Source: Candidatus Pampinifervens sinense (GTDB lineage: Bacteria; Aquificota; Aquificia; Aquificales; Aquificaceae). Taken from it: DNA of 64,000 bases. Below the pieces are notes generated by a model. It was not told where the DNA came from and did no database searches. It worked only from the letters and a program-made list of their open reading frames with translations. How positions within the stretch are numbered: the stretch's first letter is position 1; every line of letters begins with the position of its first letter. Location of the stretch: assembly GCA_037927135.1 (NCBI GenBank), contig JAXSPP010000005.1, forward strand, positions 64,001 through 128,000. Direction: 5' to 3'. Position numbers and translations under genes: made by a program. Shown here piece after piece: positions 47,877-57,104 of this stretch.

Positions 47877-49948
47877 AAAAAATAGAAGTAGCCCTTGTAG
47901 GAAATCCTAATGTAGGGAAAACCAGCATACTCAACCATCTTGCAGGCACACATTTAAAGGTAGGCAACTGGCCAGGGGTTACGGTAGAAAAGAGGGAAGG
48001 CAAGGTCAAGTTCTGGGATTATGAGATACATCTTGTGGACCTTCCCGGCATATATACCCTTGAGCCCATATCTGATGATGAATGGATAGCCTACAGATAC
48101 ATAACTGAAGAAAAACCAGATCTGATACTCAATATCATAGAAACACCCAACATGGAAAGAGACCTCCTTCTCACTGTAGAACTATTAGAGTATGAGATAC
48201 CTATCATACTGGTTTTAAACATGGTTGATGAGGCTCAAAAGTTGGGAATAAATGTCAATGATAGGTGGCTCTCAGATATTTTGGGTGTAAGGGTTATAAA
48301 GACAAACGGTAGGACTGGAGAAGGTGTAAAGGCCCTACTTCCCCATATAGTGGAGGTATTCAATTCAAAGGAAAGACCAAAGGTGATCAAATACAACAAA
48401 GAGTTTGAAGAGTTTTTGGAAAAGGTAAGGGAGAGAGGTGATGAAAGTAAAGCACAGCTTATAAAAAAGCTTCTTGAAGATGAGAGGTTTAAACATTACA
48501 GAGAGGAGGTAAGGAAGGTTTTTGGAAAGGATGTGCTTGAGGTGATAAAGGATGAGAGGTATGCATTGGCCCACGGCATATACAAGGAGGTTGTAGAAAA
48601 GAGGTCCTACACTTCAAGGGATATTACCGACTCCATTGATAGGATACTTCTTCATCCAACCTTTGGCATTCCCATCTTCTTGCTTGTAATGTTTTTCGTC
48701 TTTAAGGTGTCCTTTGACCTTTCAAGCCCCTTTATGGATTGGATAGATGGTTTTATAAATGGCTTTGTGGCACCCCTTGTGGCAACCCTTCTTACTTACC
48801 TAGGAGCTGAAGAGTTCATAAGAAAGGTCTTTTCAGAGGCTGTTGTGGGTGGTGTGGGCTTTGTGCTTACCTTTGTTCCCCTTATTGCAACCATATACTT
48901 CATGCTTGCCCTTCTTGAGTTTTCTGGATACTTACCACGTATAGCCTTTTTGATGGACAGGTTTATGCATAGGCTTGGACTTCATGGTAAAAGCCTTGTC
49001 CCACTGCTTTTAGGCTTTGGATGCAATGTACCAGCTATAGTGGCCACAAGGACCCTTGAAACAAAAAGGGACAAGCTTTTGGTAATTGCCATGATCCCTT
49101 TTATGAGCTGTCCTGCAAGGCTTGTAGTTTTCTCCTTCTTCGCAGCGATATTTTTCCCGAACCCAGCTCTTATCATCTTCTCCCTATATCTTCTAGGTAT
49201 CCTTACCGCCTTGATAACGGCCCTTATTCTGAGGCATACAGCCTTCAAAGGCACCCTGTATCACTTTGTTATGGAATTGCCCCCTTATAGGCTACCTACC
49301 CTTAGGCTCCTATTGAAAGTGGTATGGGTCTATGTTAAAGACTTCCTCTACAGGGCTGGTACCCTCATCTTTGGTGCATCCATATTCATCTGGCTTTTAC
49401 TAAACCTACCACCCGGTATAAAAAGTCCATCTGAAAGCTTGGCAGCGCACATAGGAAAGGCCATAGCACCCGCATTTTCTCCCCTTGGCCTTGAAGACTG
49501 GAGGATCTCCACCTCATTAATACCGGCCTTTTTGGCCAGAGAGATAGTCTTGAGCTCCATGGCCACCATATACGCAACAGAGATGTCCAAACCATCTGAG
49601 GAGGGGTTTGATTTAGTCAAGGCTTCAAAAGAGCAAGTTCATGCTTTAGGCCAGGCCTTCAAAGAAGCCTTTGTGAACCTATTCAAACCTGTGCCTACTG
49701 TTTTTGAAGTAGAAGAAGAGAGTGAGCAAAGTCTTAGAAGTATTATGGCAAAAAGCTTGTCTCCCGCTTCCGCTTTGGCCTTCATGGTATTTATACTCCT
49801 TTATACATCTTGCCTTGGCACGGTGGCTACCATGTGGAGGGAGGTGGGTAAAAAGTTTGCCCTGCTATTCCTAGTTTATAGCTTTCTTGTAGGCTGGTTC
49901 TTAGGCCTTCTAGCCTATAGGATAGGCGTCTTGTTATGGAGTATGTGA
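47873..49948 (+). CDS. feoB: Ferrous iron transport protein B
   Basis: GNPNVGKT, GNWPGVTVE, DLPG.Y, NMVD, GFGCNVPA, PFMSC.AR, FVMELP.Y. Confidence 0.97.
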   Translation: MKKIEVALVGNPNVGKTSILNHLAGTHLKVGNWPGVTVEKREGKVKFWDYEIHLVDLPGIYTLEPISDDEWIAYRYITEEKPDLILNIIETPNMERDLLLTVELLEYEIPIILVLNMVDEAQKLGINVNDRWLSDILGVRVIKTNGRTGEGVKALLPHIVEVFNSKERPKVIKYNKEFEEFLEKVRERGDESKAQLIKKLLEDERFKHYREEVRKVFGKDVLEVIKDERYALAHGIYKEVVEKRSYTSRDITDSIDRILLHPTFGIPIFLLVMFFVFKVSFDLSSPFMDWIDGFINGFVAPLVATLLTYLGAEEFIRKVFSEAVVGGVGFVLTFVPLIATIYFMLALLEFSGYLPRIAFLMDRFMHRLGLHGKSLVPLLLGFGCNVPAIVATRTLETKRDKLLVIAMIPFMSCPARLVVFSFFAAIFFPNPALIIFSLYLLGILTALITALILRHTAFKGTLYHFVMELPPYRLPTLRLLLKVVWVYVKDFLYRAGTLIFGASIFIWLLLNLPPGIKSPSESLAAHIGKAIAPAFSPLGLEDWRISTSLIPAFLAREIVLSSMATIYATEMSKPSEEGFDLVKASKEQVHALGQAFKEAFVNLFKPVPTVFEVEEESEQSLRSIMAKSLSPASALAFMVFILLYTSCLGTVATMWREVGKKFALLFLVYSFLVGWFLGLLAYRIGVLLWSM

Positions 49949-50019
49949 TAATTTTTATCCTTGGACTTGTCCTATTTTATCTTTGGTGGAGGCAAAGGAA
50001 AAGATCTTGCTGTAGTTAG
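49936..50019 (+). CDS. 27-aa FeoB-associated Cys-containing membrane peptide (missed by ORF track)
   Basis: MEYVIIFILGLVLFYLWWRQRKRSCCS*: TM helix, basic patch, CC; overlaps the feoB 3' end. Confidence 0.7.
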   Translation: MEYVIIFILGLVLFYLWWRQRKRSCCS

Positions 50020-50044
50020 TTTATAGTCTATAATTTTTAATGTC

Positions 50045-52840
50045 ATGATAGAATGGATCTTTAGGAAGCTTTTGGGAACAAAGAGTGAAAGGGAGGTAAA
50101 GAGGCTTCGTAAGGTTGTAGATAGGATAACAAGGAGGGAACAAGAGCTTGATAGCCTTTCAAACTTGGAAATAAGACAGTTGGCCTTTGATTTACATAAA
50201 AAAATATCCCAAGACCAAGACCTAAAAGAGAGGATATTGAAGGGGGAGATAACGGAGGAAGTAGAGCTTGTATTCGCTATAGTTAGGGAGGCGGGCAAAA
50301 GAACGTTAGGCCTTAGGTTTTTTGATGTTCAGCTAATAGGTGGCTTGGTTTTGCATGAGGGAAAGATTGCGGAGATGAAGACGGGAGAAGGCAAGACGCT
50401 GGTGGCCACTTCCGCCACTGCGGTAAACGCTATGACTGATGAAGGGGTTCATGTGGTGACTGTAAACGACTACTTGGCCAGAAGGGATGCCCAATGGATG
50501 GGGCCCATATACCTCTTCCTCGGTTTGGAAGTGGGTGTTATAAACTCGGACTATTCATCCTATAGGGTAGAATGGGCTGATCCCAACTTGGCCAGCAGGG
50601 CTATAGAAGAGGATATTAGGGTATGGCCCAAGGGATACTTTGAAGAGATCCTTCCATCGGAGCTCATAAATGTGCAGGCAAAAAAGGCCTTTTATACAAA
50701 GCTTGTTCCATGCACAAGAAGGGAGGCCTATCAATGTCATATAACCTACGGCACAAACAATGAGTTTGGTTTTGACTACCTTAGGGACAATATGGCCTTC
50801 TCCCTTGAGGAGATAGTTCAAGTAAAGGGGCACAACTTTGCCATAGTGGACGAGGTAGATTCTATACTCATTGATGAGGCAAGGACACCCCTGATAATCT
50901 CCGGCCCAGCGGAGATGGATACTTCCATCTACTATAAGGCGGATGAGGTGGTAAGAAGGCTCAAACCTGAGGAAGATTACACGGTGGATGAGAAGAACAG
51001 GACTGTACAGCTTACAGAAAAGGGCATTAGAAAGGTGGAAAAGATCCTTGGCATAGACAACCTTTATGACATAAGGCATATAGACCTTTTGCATGCCATA
51101 AATCAGGCCCTCAAGGCCCATAACCTCTTCAAGAGGGATGTGCACTATATAGTAAAGGATGGGGAGGTCCTTATAGTTGATGAGTTTACAGGAAGGGTAT
51201 TGCCAGGTAGAAGATGGAGCGATGGCCTACATCAGGCCATAGAGGTGAAGGAGGGTGTGCCCATTCAAAGGGAGAATCAGACCTTGGCAAGCATAACCTT
51301 TCAAAACTACTTTAAGCTGTACAGAAAGCTGGCTGGTATGACGGGAACTGCAGAAACGGAGGCCTTAGAATTCAAAGAGATATACGGCCTTGAGGTGGTT
51401 GTAATACCTACACACAAGCCCATGAGAAGGATAGACCATCCAGACTTGGTCTATAAGACGAAGGAAGAAAAGTGGAAGGCGGTGGTTGAGATCATAAAGC
51501 AGGAGCATGCTAAGGGAAGGCCCATACTGGTAGGCACCGTATCCATTGAGGATTCAGAACACCTATCAAGGCTGTTGCAAAAGGAGAACATACCGCACAA
51601 TGTGCTTAACGCAAAGCATCATGAGAGGGAGGCTGAGATCATAGCTCAGGCTGGGAGGCTTGGGGCAGTCACCATATCAACAAACATGGCTGGAAGGGGT
51701 ACAGATATACTCTTGGGTGGAAATCCGGAATATCTAGCTAGGGAGATTCTAAGGTCAAAGGGGAAGCCTATAGAGGAGGCCACGGAGGAAGAGTGGAAGG
51801 AGGCTTTGGAAAAGGCATATAGGATAACGGAGGAAGAAAAGAAAAAGGTGGTGGAGCTAGGTGGGCTTTTGGTGATAGGTACAGAAAGGCACGAATCAAG
51901 AAGGATAGATAACCAGCTCAGAGGAAGGGCTGGCAGGCAAGGTGATCCAGGTGAATCTAGGTTTGTTATCTCTTTAGAGGATGATCTTATGAGGATCTTT
52001 GGCGGTGATAAGGTAAAGAGGCTTATGGATATGCTAAAGATCCCACCTGGTGAGCCCATAGAAAGCAGGATGGTTACAAAGGCTATAGAGAACGCTCAAA
52101 AGAGGGTTGAAGCCCAAAACTTCCAAATAAGAAAAAGGCTTTTAGAGTATGACATGGTTATGAACACTCAAAGGCTCACCGTCTACTCTATTAGAAGGGA
52201 TATACTTGAATCAAAGGGACTAGAAGAGTACCTAAAGGAGTTTATACATGACCTTTTGGCTCAAAAGGTGGACGAGTTTATAAAGGAGGATGAACCAGAG
52301 CTTTGGGATCTGGAGCCTTTAAAAGACTACCTTAGAGAGCTGACAGGACGCTCCTTTGAAGTACCTCAAGTAAGGGACAAAGAAGATCTTGTGAATGCCC
52401 TATCTGAGATGATATGGTCTGCCGTGGAAGAAAAAAGGGAACAGCTTGGCCAGGAGGTATTTGGAGAGCTTCTAAAGATAATCATGCTATCCAACCTTGA
52501 TCATCTTTGGAGGGAACATCTCCACACTATGGACAGGTTGAGGGAAGGCATATACCTGCGTGGCTATGCTTCAAAGGATCCTCTTGTAGAGTACAAAAAG
52601 GAAGCCTTTTATCTCTTTGAAGATATGCTAAACAGGTTCAGGGAAAGAACCCTCTATGACCTTATGCATATGCAGGTAAGGTCTCAGGAGGAGGTTCAAG
52701 AGGAGATAGATAGAGAGGCCAGAGAGAGGGAAAGGCTTTTGAGTATGGCCATATTTAGCGGTGTGGAGGGTAAGGCCGATCAAAAGGGTCCAAAGAGGAA
52801 AACCTTGAAAGAAAGGCTTCAGTCCAAAAGAAGGAAATAG
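50045..52840 (+). CDS. secA: Preprotein translocase subunit SecA
   Basis: EMKTGEGKT, VTVNDYLA.RD, VDEVDSILIDEARTPLIISG, TNMAGRGTDI, QLRGRAGRQGDPG. Confidence 0.99.
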   Translation: MIEWIFRKLLGTKSEREVKRLRKVVDRITRREQELDSLSNLEIRQLAFDLHKKISQDQDLKERILKGEITEEVELVFAIVREAGKRTLGLRFFDVQLIGGLVLHEGKIAEMKTGEGKTLVATSATAVNAMTDEGVHVVTVNDYLARRDAQWMGPIYLFLGLEVGVINSDYSSYRVEWADPNLASRAIEEDIRVWPKGYFEEILPSELINVQAKKAFYTKLVPCTRREAYQCHITYGTNNEFGFDYLRDNMAFSLEEIVQVKGHNFAIVDEVDSILIDEARTPLIISGPAEMDTSIYYKADEVVRRLKPEEDYTVDEKNRTVQLTEKGIRKVEKILGIDNLYDIRHIDLLHAINQALKAHNLFKRDVHYIVKDGEVLIVDEFTGRVLPGRRWSDGLHQAIEVKEGVPIQRENQTLASITFQNYFKLYRKLAGMTGTAETEALEFKEIYGLEVVVIPTHKPMRRIDHPDLVYKTKEEKWKAVVEIIKQEHAKGRPILVGTVSIEDSEHLSRLLQKENIPHNVLNAKHHEREAEIIAQAGRLGAVTISTNMAGRGTDILLGGNPEYLAREILRSKGKPIEEATEEEWKEALEKAYRITEEEKKKVVELGGLLVIGTERHESRRIDNQLRGRAGRQGDPGESRFVISLEDDLMRIFGGDKVKRLMDMLKIPPGEPIESRMVTKAIENAQKRVEAQNFQIRKRLLEYDMVMNTQRLTVYSIRRDILESKGLEEYLKEFIHDLLAQKVDEFIKEDEPELWDLEPLKDYLRELTGRSFEVPQVRDKEDLVNALSEMIWSAVEEKREQLGQEVFGELLKIIMLSNLDHLWREHLHTMDRLREGIYLRGYASKDPLVEYKKEAFYLFEDMLNRFRERTLYDLMHMQVRSQEEVQEEIDREARERERLLSMAIFSGVEGKADQKGPKRKTLKERLQSKRRK

Positions 52841-53445
52841 TTTTTGTACTCTTTCAGGAGATCTTCAAAGGGTATGTTTCCTTTCCTTACAAGCCTTAGG
52901 CCTTTGGGGTAGATGGCCCTCACTATGGTGGAGGGCACTGAACGAATAGTGCCCGCATCTATGTAAAGGTCTACTTTATCACCAAAGTACTCTATAGCCT
53001 TCCTTATGTTCACCGCTGGTCTTAAACCTTCAGGGTTTGCGCTTGGTGCCACAAGGGGTTCTCCAACGTAGTTTAAAAGCTTATATACGTGGCTCTCTTG
53101 AGGTGGAATTCTAAGGGCAAGGCTTCTTCTTCCCCTTGTAAGATATAAAGGTATGGAGTTTTTCTTGTAAAAGATAAAGGTTGCATTGTATTTATCCATG
53201 AGGTATCTATGGGCCTTTCCCGCAAGTAGGCCAAGCATATCAACCCAACCCATATGTGGTACAAGCATCAAAAAAGGCCTTCCAGAAGGCCTCCTAATGG
53301 TAAAAAGCCTCTCTACTGCTTTTTTGTTTGTAGCCACAGCCAAAAGGCCATAGATGGTATCCGTAGGAAAGCATACTATACCACCCTCCTTTAAAACCTT
53401 GGCGGCCTTCTCTATGGCCTTTTTACTAAGCTTTAAGACCTTCAT
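52819..53445 (-). CDS. L-threonylcarbamoyladenylate synthase (TsaC/YrdC/Sua5 family)
   Basis: FPTDTIYGL, APSANP, PSTIV. Confidence 0.85.
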   Translation of the reverse strand: MKVLKLSKKAIEKAAKVLKEGGIVCFPTDTIYGLLAVATNKKAVERLFTIRRPSGRPFLMLVPHMGWVDMLGLLAGKAHRYLMDKYNATFIFYKKNSIPLYLTRGRRSLALRIPPQESHVYKLLNYVGEPLVAPSANPEGLRPAVNIRKAIEYFGDKVDLYIDAGTIRSVPSTIVRAIYPKGLRLVRKGNIPFEDLLKEYKNYFLLLD

Positions 53446-54500
53446 GTGTCAATCACTTCCATCACCTTGTCCACATCGGGTGGCAAAGTTATAGGCTCCT
53501 CACAGACCTTTATGGCTGTATCTGGATCTTTTAGGCCGTTGCCAGTGAGGGTGCATACCACAAGCTCTCCACCTTTAAAATACCCTTCCCGCGTAAGCTT
53601 TATAAGGCCTGCAACGGAAGCTGCCGATGCTGGCTCACAAAATATACCCTCTGTGGAAGCTACAAGTTTATAAGCGTAAAGGATTTCCTCATCGCTTACC
53701 GCATCTATAAGTCCTCCAGACTCGTGCATAGCCTGAAGGGCAGACTGCCAGCTGTAGGGATTTCCTATCTTTATGGCCGTTGCTATAGTCTGTGGATTCT
53801 TTATAGGATAGCCCTTAACTATGGGTGCTGCTCCCTCCGCTTGCCAACCCATCATCTTAGGAAGGTTGTTTATCTTCCCCACTTGGTAATACTCTTTATA
53901 TCCCTTCCAATAGGCAGTTATGTTGCCCGCATTGCCTACGGGTATAAAATGATAATCCGGTGCTCTCCCTAAGGCATCACATACCTCAAAGGCTCCAGTC
54001 TTTTGCCCCTCTATCCTATACGGATTTACCGAGTTGACTATCTCTACAGGCAGTATTTCTCCTATCTTCCTCACTATGTACAAGGCATCATCAAAGTTTC
54101 CCTGTATGGCTATCACCTTGGCACCGTATATAACAGCTTGGGAAAGCTTTCCGAGGGCAACCGCACCTTTTGGAAGAAGTACATAGGCCTTGAGGCCAGC
54201 CTTTGCTGCATAAGCTGCCGCCGATGCAGAGGTGTTCCCGGTGGAGGCACATATGACGGCCTTTTTGCCCGCCTCAACAGCCTTAGATATAGCTACAGTC
54301 ATGCCTCTGTCTTTAAAAGAGCCGGTTGGATTAAGACCTTCATACTTCAAAAATATGTCTCCCTTGAAGCCTATAGCCCTTGCCAGGTTTTCCGCATAGA
54401 TAAGGGGTGTATTTCCTTCATGTAGTGTTATTATAGGTGTCTTATCTGTTATAGGTAAAAACTCTCTGTATTGATGTATTATACCTCGCCAGTAGCTCAT
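53442..54500 (-). CDS. thrC: Threonine synthase
   Basis: EGNTPL, EGLNPTGSFKDRG, CASTGNTSAS, PVGNAGN, TGNGLKD. Confidence 0.97.
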   Translation of the reverse strand: MSYWRGIIHQYREFLPITDKTPIITLHEGNTPLIYAENLARAIGFKGDIFLKYEGLNPTGSFKDRGMTVAISKAVEAGKKAVICASTGNTSASAAAYAAKAGLKAYVLLPKGAVALGKLSQAVIYGAKVIAIQGNFDDALYIVRKIGEILPVEIVNSVNPYRIEGQKTGAFEVCDALGRAPDYHFIPVGNAGNITAYWKGYKEYYQVGKINNLPKMMGWQAEGAAPIVKGYPIKNPQTIATAIKIGNPYSWQSALQAMHESGGLIDAVSDEEILYAYKLVASTEGIFCEPASAASVAGLIKLTREGYFKGGELVVCTLTGNGLKDPDTAIKVCEEPITLPPDVDKVMEVIDT

Positions 54501-54551
54501 AACCCTTACGAAATTATTATACTTTAATGTGTAGGGCGCATGCTATATAAG

Positions 54552-56099
54552 CTACCTTATGGTCTTAAAGTTTGCTGAAGCCTCTTTTAGCCTTTTAACA
54601 ACCTCTAAAAGTAGATTCACTTCTCTTAGAACTTCTTCGGCCACTCTTTCCATATCTTCAGCTACAGATGATACATCTTCTATATTTTTTGCTATTTCAT
54701 AAGAAAGTTTTGAATGCTCTCTTACAGCAACTGTTATTTTGGATATCTGATCCTTTACCTTTTGAAAAGCATTAACTATATGATTTAATGAATCGTCAAT
54801 GCGCTTTATATAATTGGACACTTTCGCTATTTCATTAAGTGCTTCTTCTATAGAGTTAACAGTTTGATCGGAATCTGCTTGTACAGCTTCTATTCTCTCC
54901 GTTATTTCAACAGTAGCTTTTATAGTCCTTTCCGCTAACTTTCTCACTTCATCAGCTACAACCGCAAAACCTCTACCATGTTCTCCTGCTCGTGCAGCTT
55001 CTATAGCAGCATTTAATGCCAAAAGGTTTATTTGATCAGCTATATCTTTTATTACTGTTACAACGCTTCCTATCTCCATAGTTCGCTCGCTAAGTCTGTA
55101 TGCCATAGCAACAAGGTCAGTAGCCACCAAATTTACGTTGCTTACAGCAGAAAGTGCTTCTTCAGCTATGTTTTTGCCTTCAATGGCTATTTGCATGGCT
55201 TCTGTTGAAGAGTTCAAAGCATAAGATGCATTTTGGACAATTTCTGTCATTGCTTTGTCCATTTCCTCTGAAGCACTTTTTATTTGCTGTATACGCATTA
55301 GCTGTTTTTTTGCACCATCTGCTATTTTTTCTGCACTAACTCTAGCTACTTCTGCTGCTGATATAACCTTATTGGCTTCAATAAGTATAGTATTTATCAT
55401 ATCACTAAGTGATTGTACCATTTTATTCATGCTTTGTGCCAATGTTCCAATCTCATTATTACTTTTAATTTCTACATTTATTGTTAAATCACCTTTTGCT
55501 ATTTCTTGAAATTTTGTAGATAACTTTGACAAAGGCTTTGATATCATTCTTGTACTTAAAATCCATATTAGCGTTAAAAATAAAATACCTAAGAAAAAGA
55601 TTGCTATTTGCAGAAGTTTTAACCTACCGATAGCATATTCTAGAGTGTATGAAGCAACTTGTATAGGCTCCTCAGCAATTCTGGAAAATTTTTCACCCCT
55701 TTCATGTAGCTCTTTCAGATAAGCAGGATTGTCTATAGCTCTATACAGAACATCTTTAAACTTGTTCCATTCCTCTTTAACTTTTTGCATCTTCATAATA
55801 AACTCTCTATTTTTAGTTCCTGATAAACCCAAATCTTTATCTCCATTTATAAGGCCATTTACAATCTTGTCCATAAAGGCTATAAGTTTATTTATCTCAG
55901 TTAATGAATCTTGCCCTGCATGTTTTATATGCACAAGATTTATAATACGATGAATTATTTCTATCTGTTTTTCCGTATAACGCACTTCTTTAGCATATGT
56001 TTCTACCATATTTAGCTGCGAATGTAATACCAGTAGATTTATCAAAGCAAAGGAGAAAAGTATAGCAACCAGGATTTTCAAAGCTGTGCTTACCTTCAT
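54552..56099 (-). CDS. Methyl-accepting chemotaxis protein
   Basis: TM-periplasmic-TM-HAMP (GDLT...NEIG.LA..N.M) and signalling domain [38 protein letters not shown]. Confidence 0.96.
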   Translation of the reverse strand: MKVSTALKILVAILFSFALINLLVLHSQLNMVETYAKEVRYTEKQIEIIHRIINLVHIKHAGQDSLTEINKLIAFMDKIVNGLINGDKDLGLSGTKNREFIMKMQKVKEEWNKFKDVLYRAIDNPAYLKELHERGEKFSRIAEEPIQVASYTLEYAIGRLKLLQIAIFFLGILFLTLIWILSTRMISKPLSKLSTKFQEIAKGDLTINVEIKSNNEIGTLAQSMNKMVQSLSDMINTILIEANKVISAAEVARVSAEKIADGAKKQLMRIQQIKSASEEMDKAMTEIVQNASYALNSSTEAMQIAIEGKNIAEEALSAVSNVNLVATDLVAMAYRLSERTMEIGSVVTVIKDIADQINLLALNAAIEAARAGEHGRGFAVVADEVRKLAERTIKATVEITERIEAVQADSDQTVNSIEEALNEIAKVSNYIKRIDDSLNHIVNAFQKVKDQISKITVAVREHSKLSYEIAKNIEDVSSVAEDMERVAEEVLREVNLLLEVVKRLKEASANFKTIR

Positions 56100-56135
56100 T
56101 TTATCCTCCCTTCCTCAATTTTACAATCATTGCCT

Positions 56136-56164
56136 ATAATATTTCAACTGAAGTGAAATGTCAA
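56136..56164 (-). promoter_or_regulatory. sigma70 promoter of the MCP gene
   Basis: Minus strand TTGACA (56164-56159), 17-nt spacer, TATTAT. Confidence 0.7.
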
Positions 56165-56168
56165 GCTG

Positions 56169-56382
56169 TTGTTAAAGCCCAAGCCTTGATAAGAAAATTA
56201 CAAAGGAGGCATATAAACGGAAAAGGTCTATCAAAGATTAAAAGTCCAGTTTAGGAAGGTAGGATTACGTTTATGCTTTGAAATGTGCCAAAAATTATAT
56301 GGAGCCTATAATATAGGCTAAGCATAGATGAGTTAAGGAAATGTGTAAGGGAAAGGTAAAGATAAAGGAAATAGAAACATTC
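56169..56382 (+). pseudogene. Heavily deleted relic of the same tnpB family
   Basis: 56169-56190 is identical to 11453-11474 (22 nt); following blocks resemble 11538-11598, about 11711-11741 and 12352-12482 in collinear order. Confidence 0.8.
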
Positions 56383-56402
56383 CGAGTGTTGGAGGAAGCG
56401 TT

Positions 56403-57104
56403 ATGAAAATATTGGAGATTTTTTCCAGAAAGGTGCTGGTAGGACACAGAGGGCATCCTGCAAAGGAGCTTGAAAACACCCTAGAATCCATAGAAAGTGC
56501 TATAAAGCATGGTGCAGACATTGTGGAGGTAGACATTCAAAAAACAAAAGATGGTGTGCTTGTATTGAGCCATGATGAAAGTTTGGTAAGGACCTTTGGT
56601 ATAGACCAAAACATAAGGGAGAGCTTATGGGAGGATTTAAGAAGGGTTAATAAGGATGGATACAGGCTTGCAAGACTTGATGAAGCCCTTGATCTTGTAA
56701 ATGGTAGAGTTGGTATGTTTTTGGAGATAAAACATCCAGAGGACACAGAAGAGGTGCTAAGGCTATTGGAAGAGAAAAAGGCCACAGAGTGGACGGCCAT
56801 TATAAGCTTTTATCCTGAGGCTCTTAAGATGGTAAAAGGTAAGGTGGCTACAGGCCTGGTCTATGCAAAGCCACCTGGTATGATACCTGAAGCTAAAAAG
56901 CTTGGATGTTCTCTTGTATTGCCCAAATACCCACTTGCAACCCAAAAGGCTGTAGACTTTGCCCACAAGTTAAAGCTTAAGGTGGTTGCCTGGACTGTAA
57001 ACGATGTAAATAAGGCAAAGGAGCTTTTTGAGAGGGGGGTGGACGCCATAGCCACTGATGATATAGAGCTTTTAAGGTCTATATTTTATTCCTATGCTGG
57101 TTGA
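56403..57104 (+). CDS. Glycerophosphodiester phosphodiesterase
   Basis: GHRG...ENT, E.DIQ.TKDG..V..HD, EIK, WTVN, GVD.I.TD. Confidence 0.93.
   Translation: MKILEIFSRKVLVGHRGHPAKELENTLESIESAIKHGADIVEVDIQKTKDGVLVLSHDESLVRTFGIDQNIRESLWEDLRRVNKDGYRLARLDEALDLVNGRVGMFLEIKHPEDTEEVLRLLEEKKATEWTAIISFYPEALKMVKGKVATGLVYAKPPGMIPEAKKLGCSLVLPKYPLATQKAVDFAHKLKLKVVAWTVNDVNKAKELFERGVDAIATDDIELLRSIFYSYAG

Noticed and set aside
56129-56140. 12-nt match (ATTGCCTATAAT) between the orphan scaffold's putative guide and the MCP promoter region
   Set aside because: It matches only guide positions 12-23, not the seed, has no adjacent TGTCA, and includes a generic TATAAT, so chance is likely.
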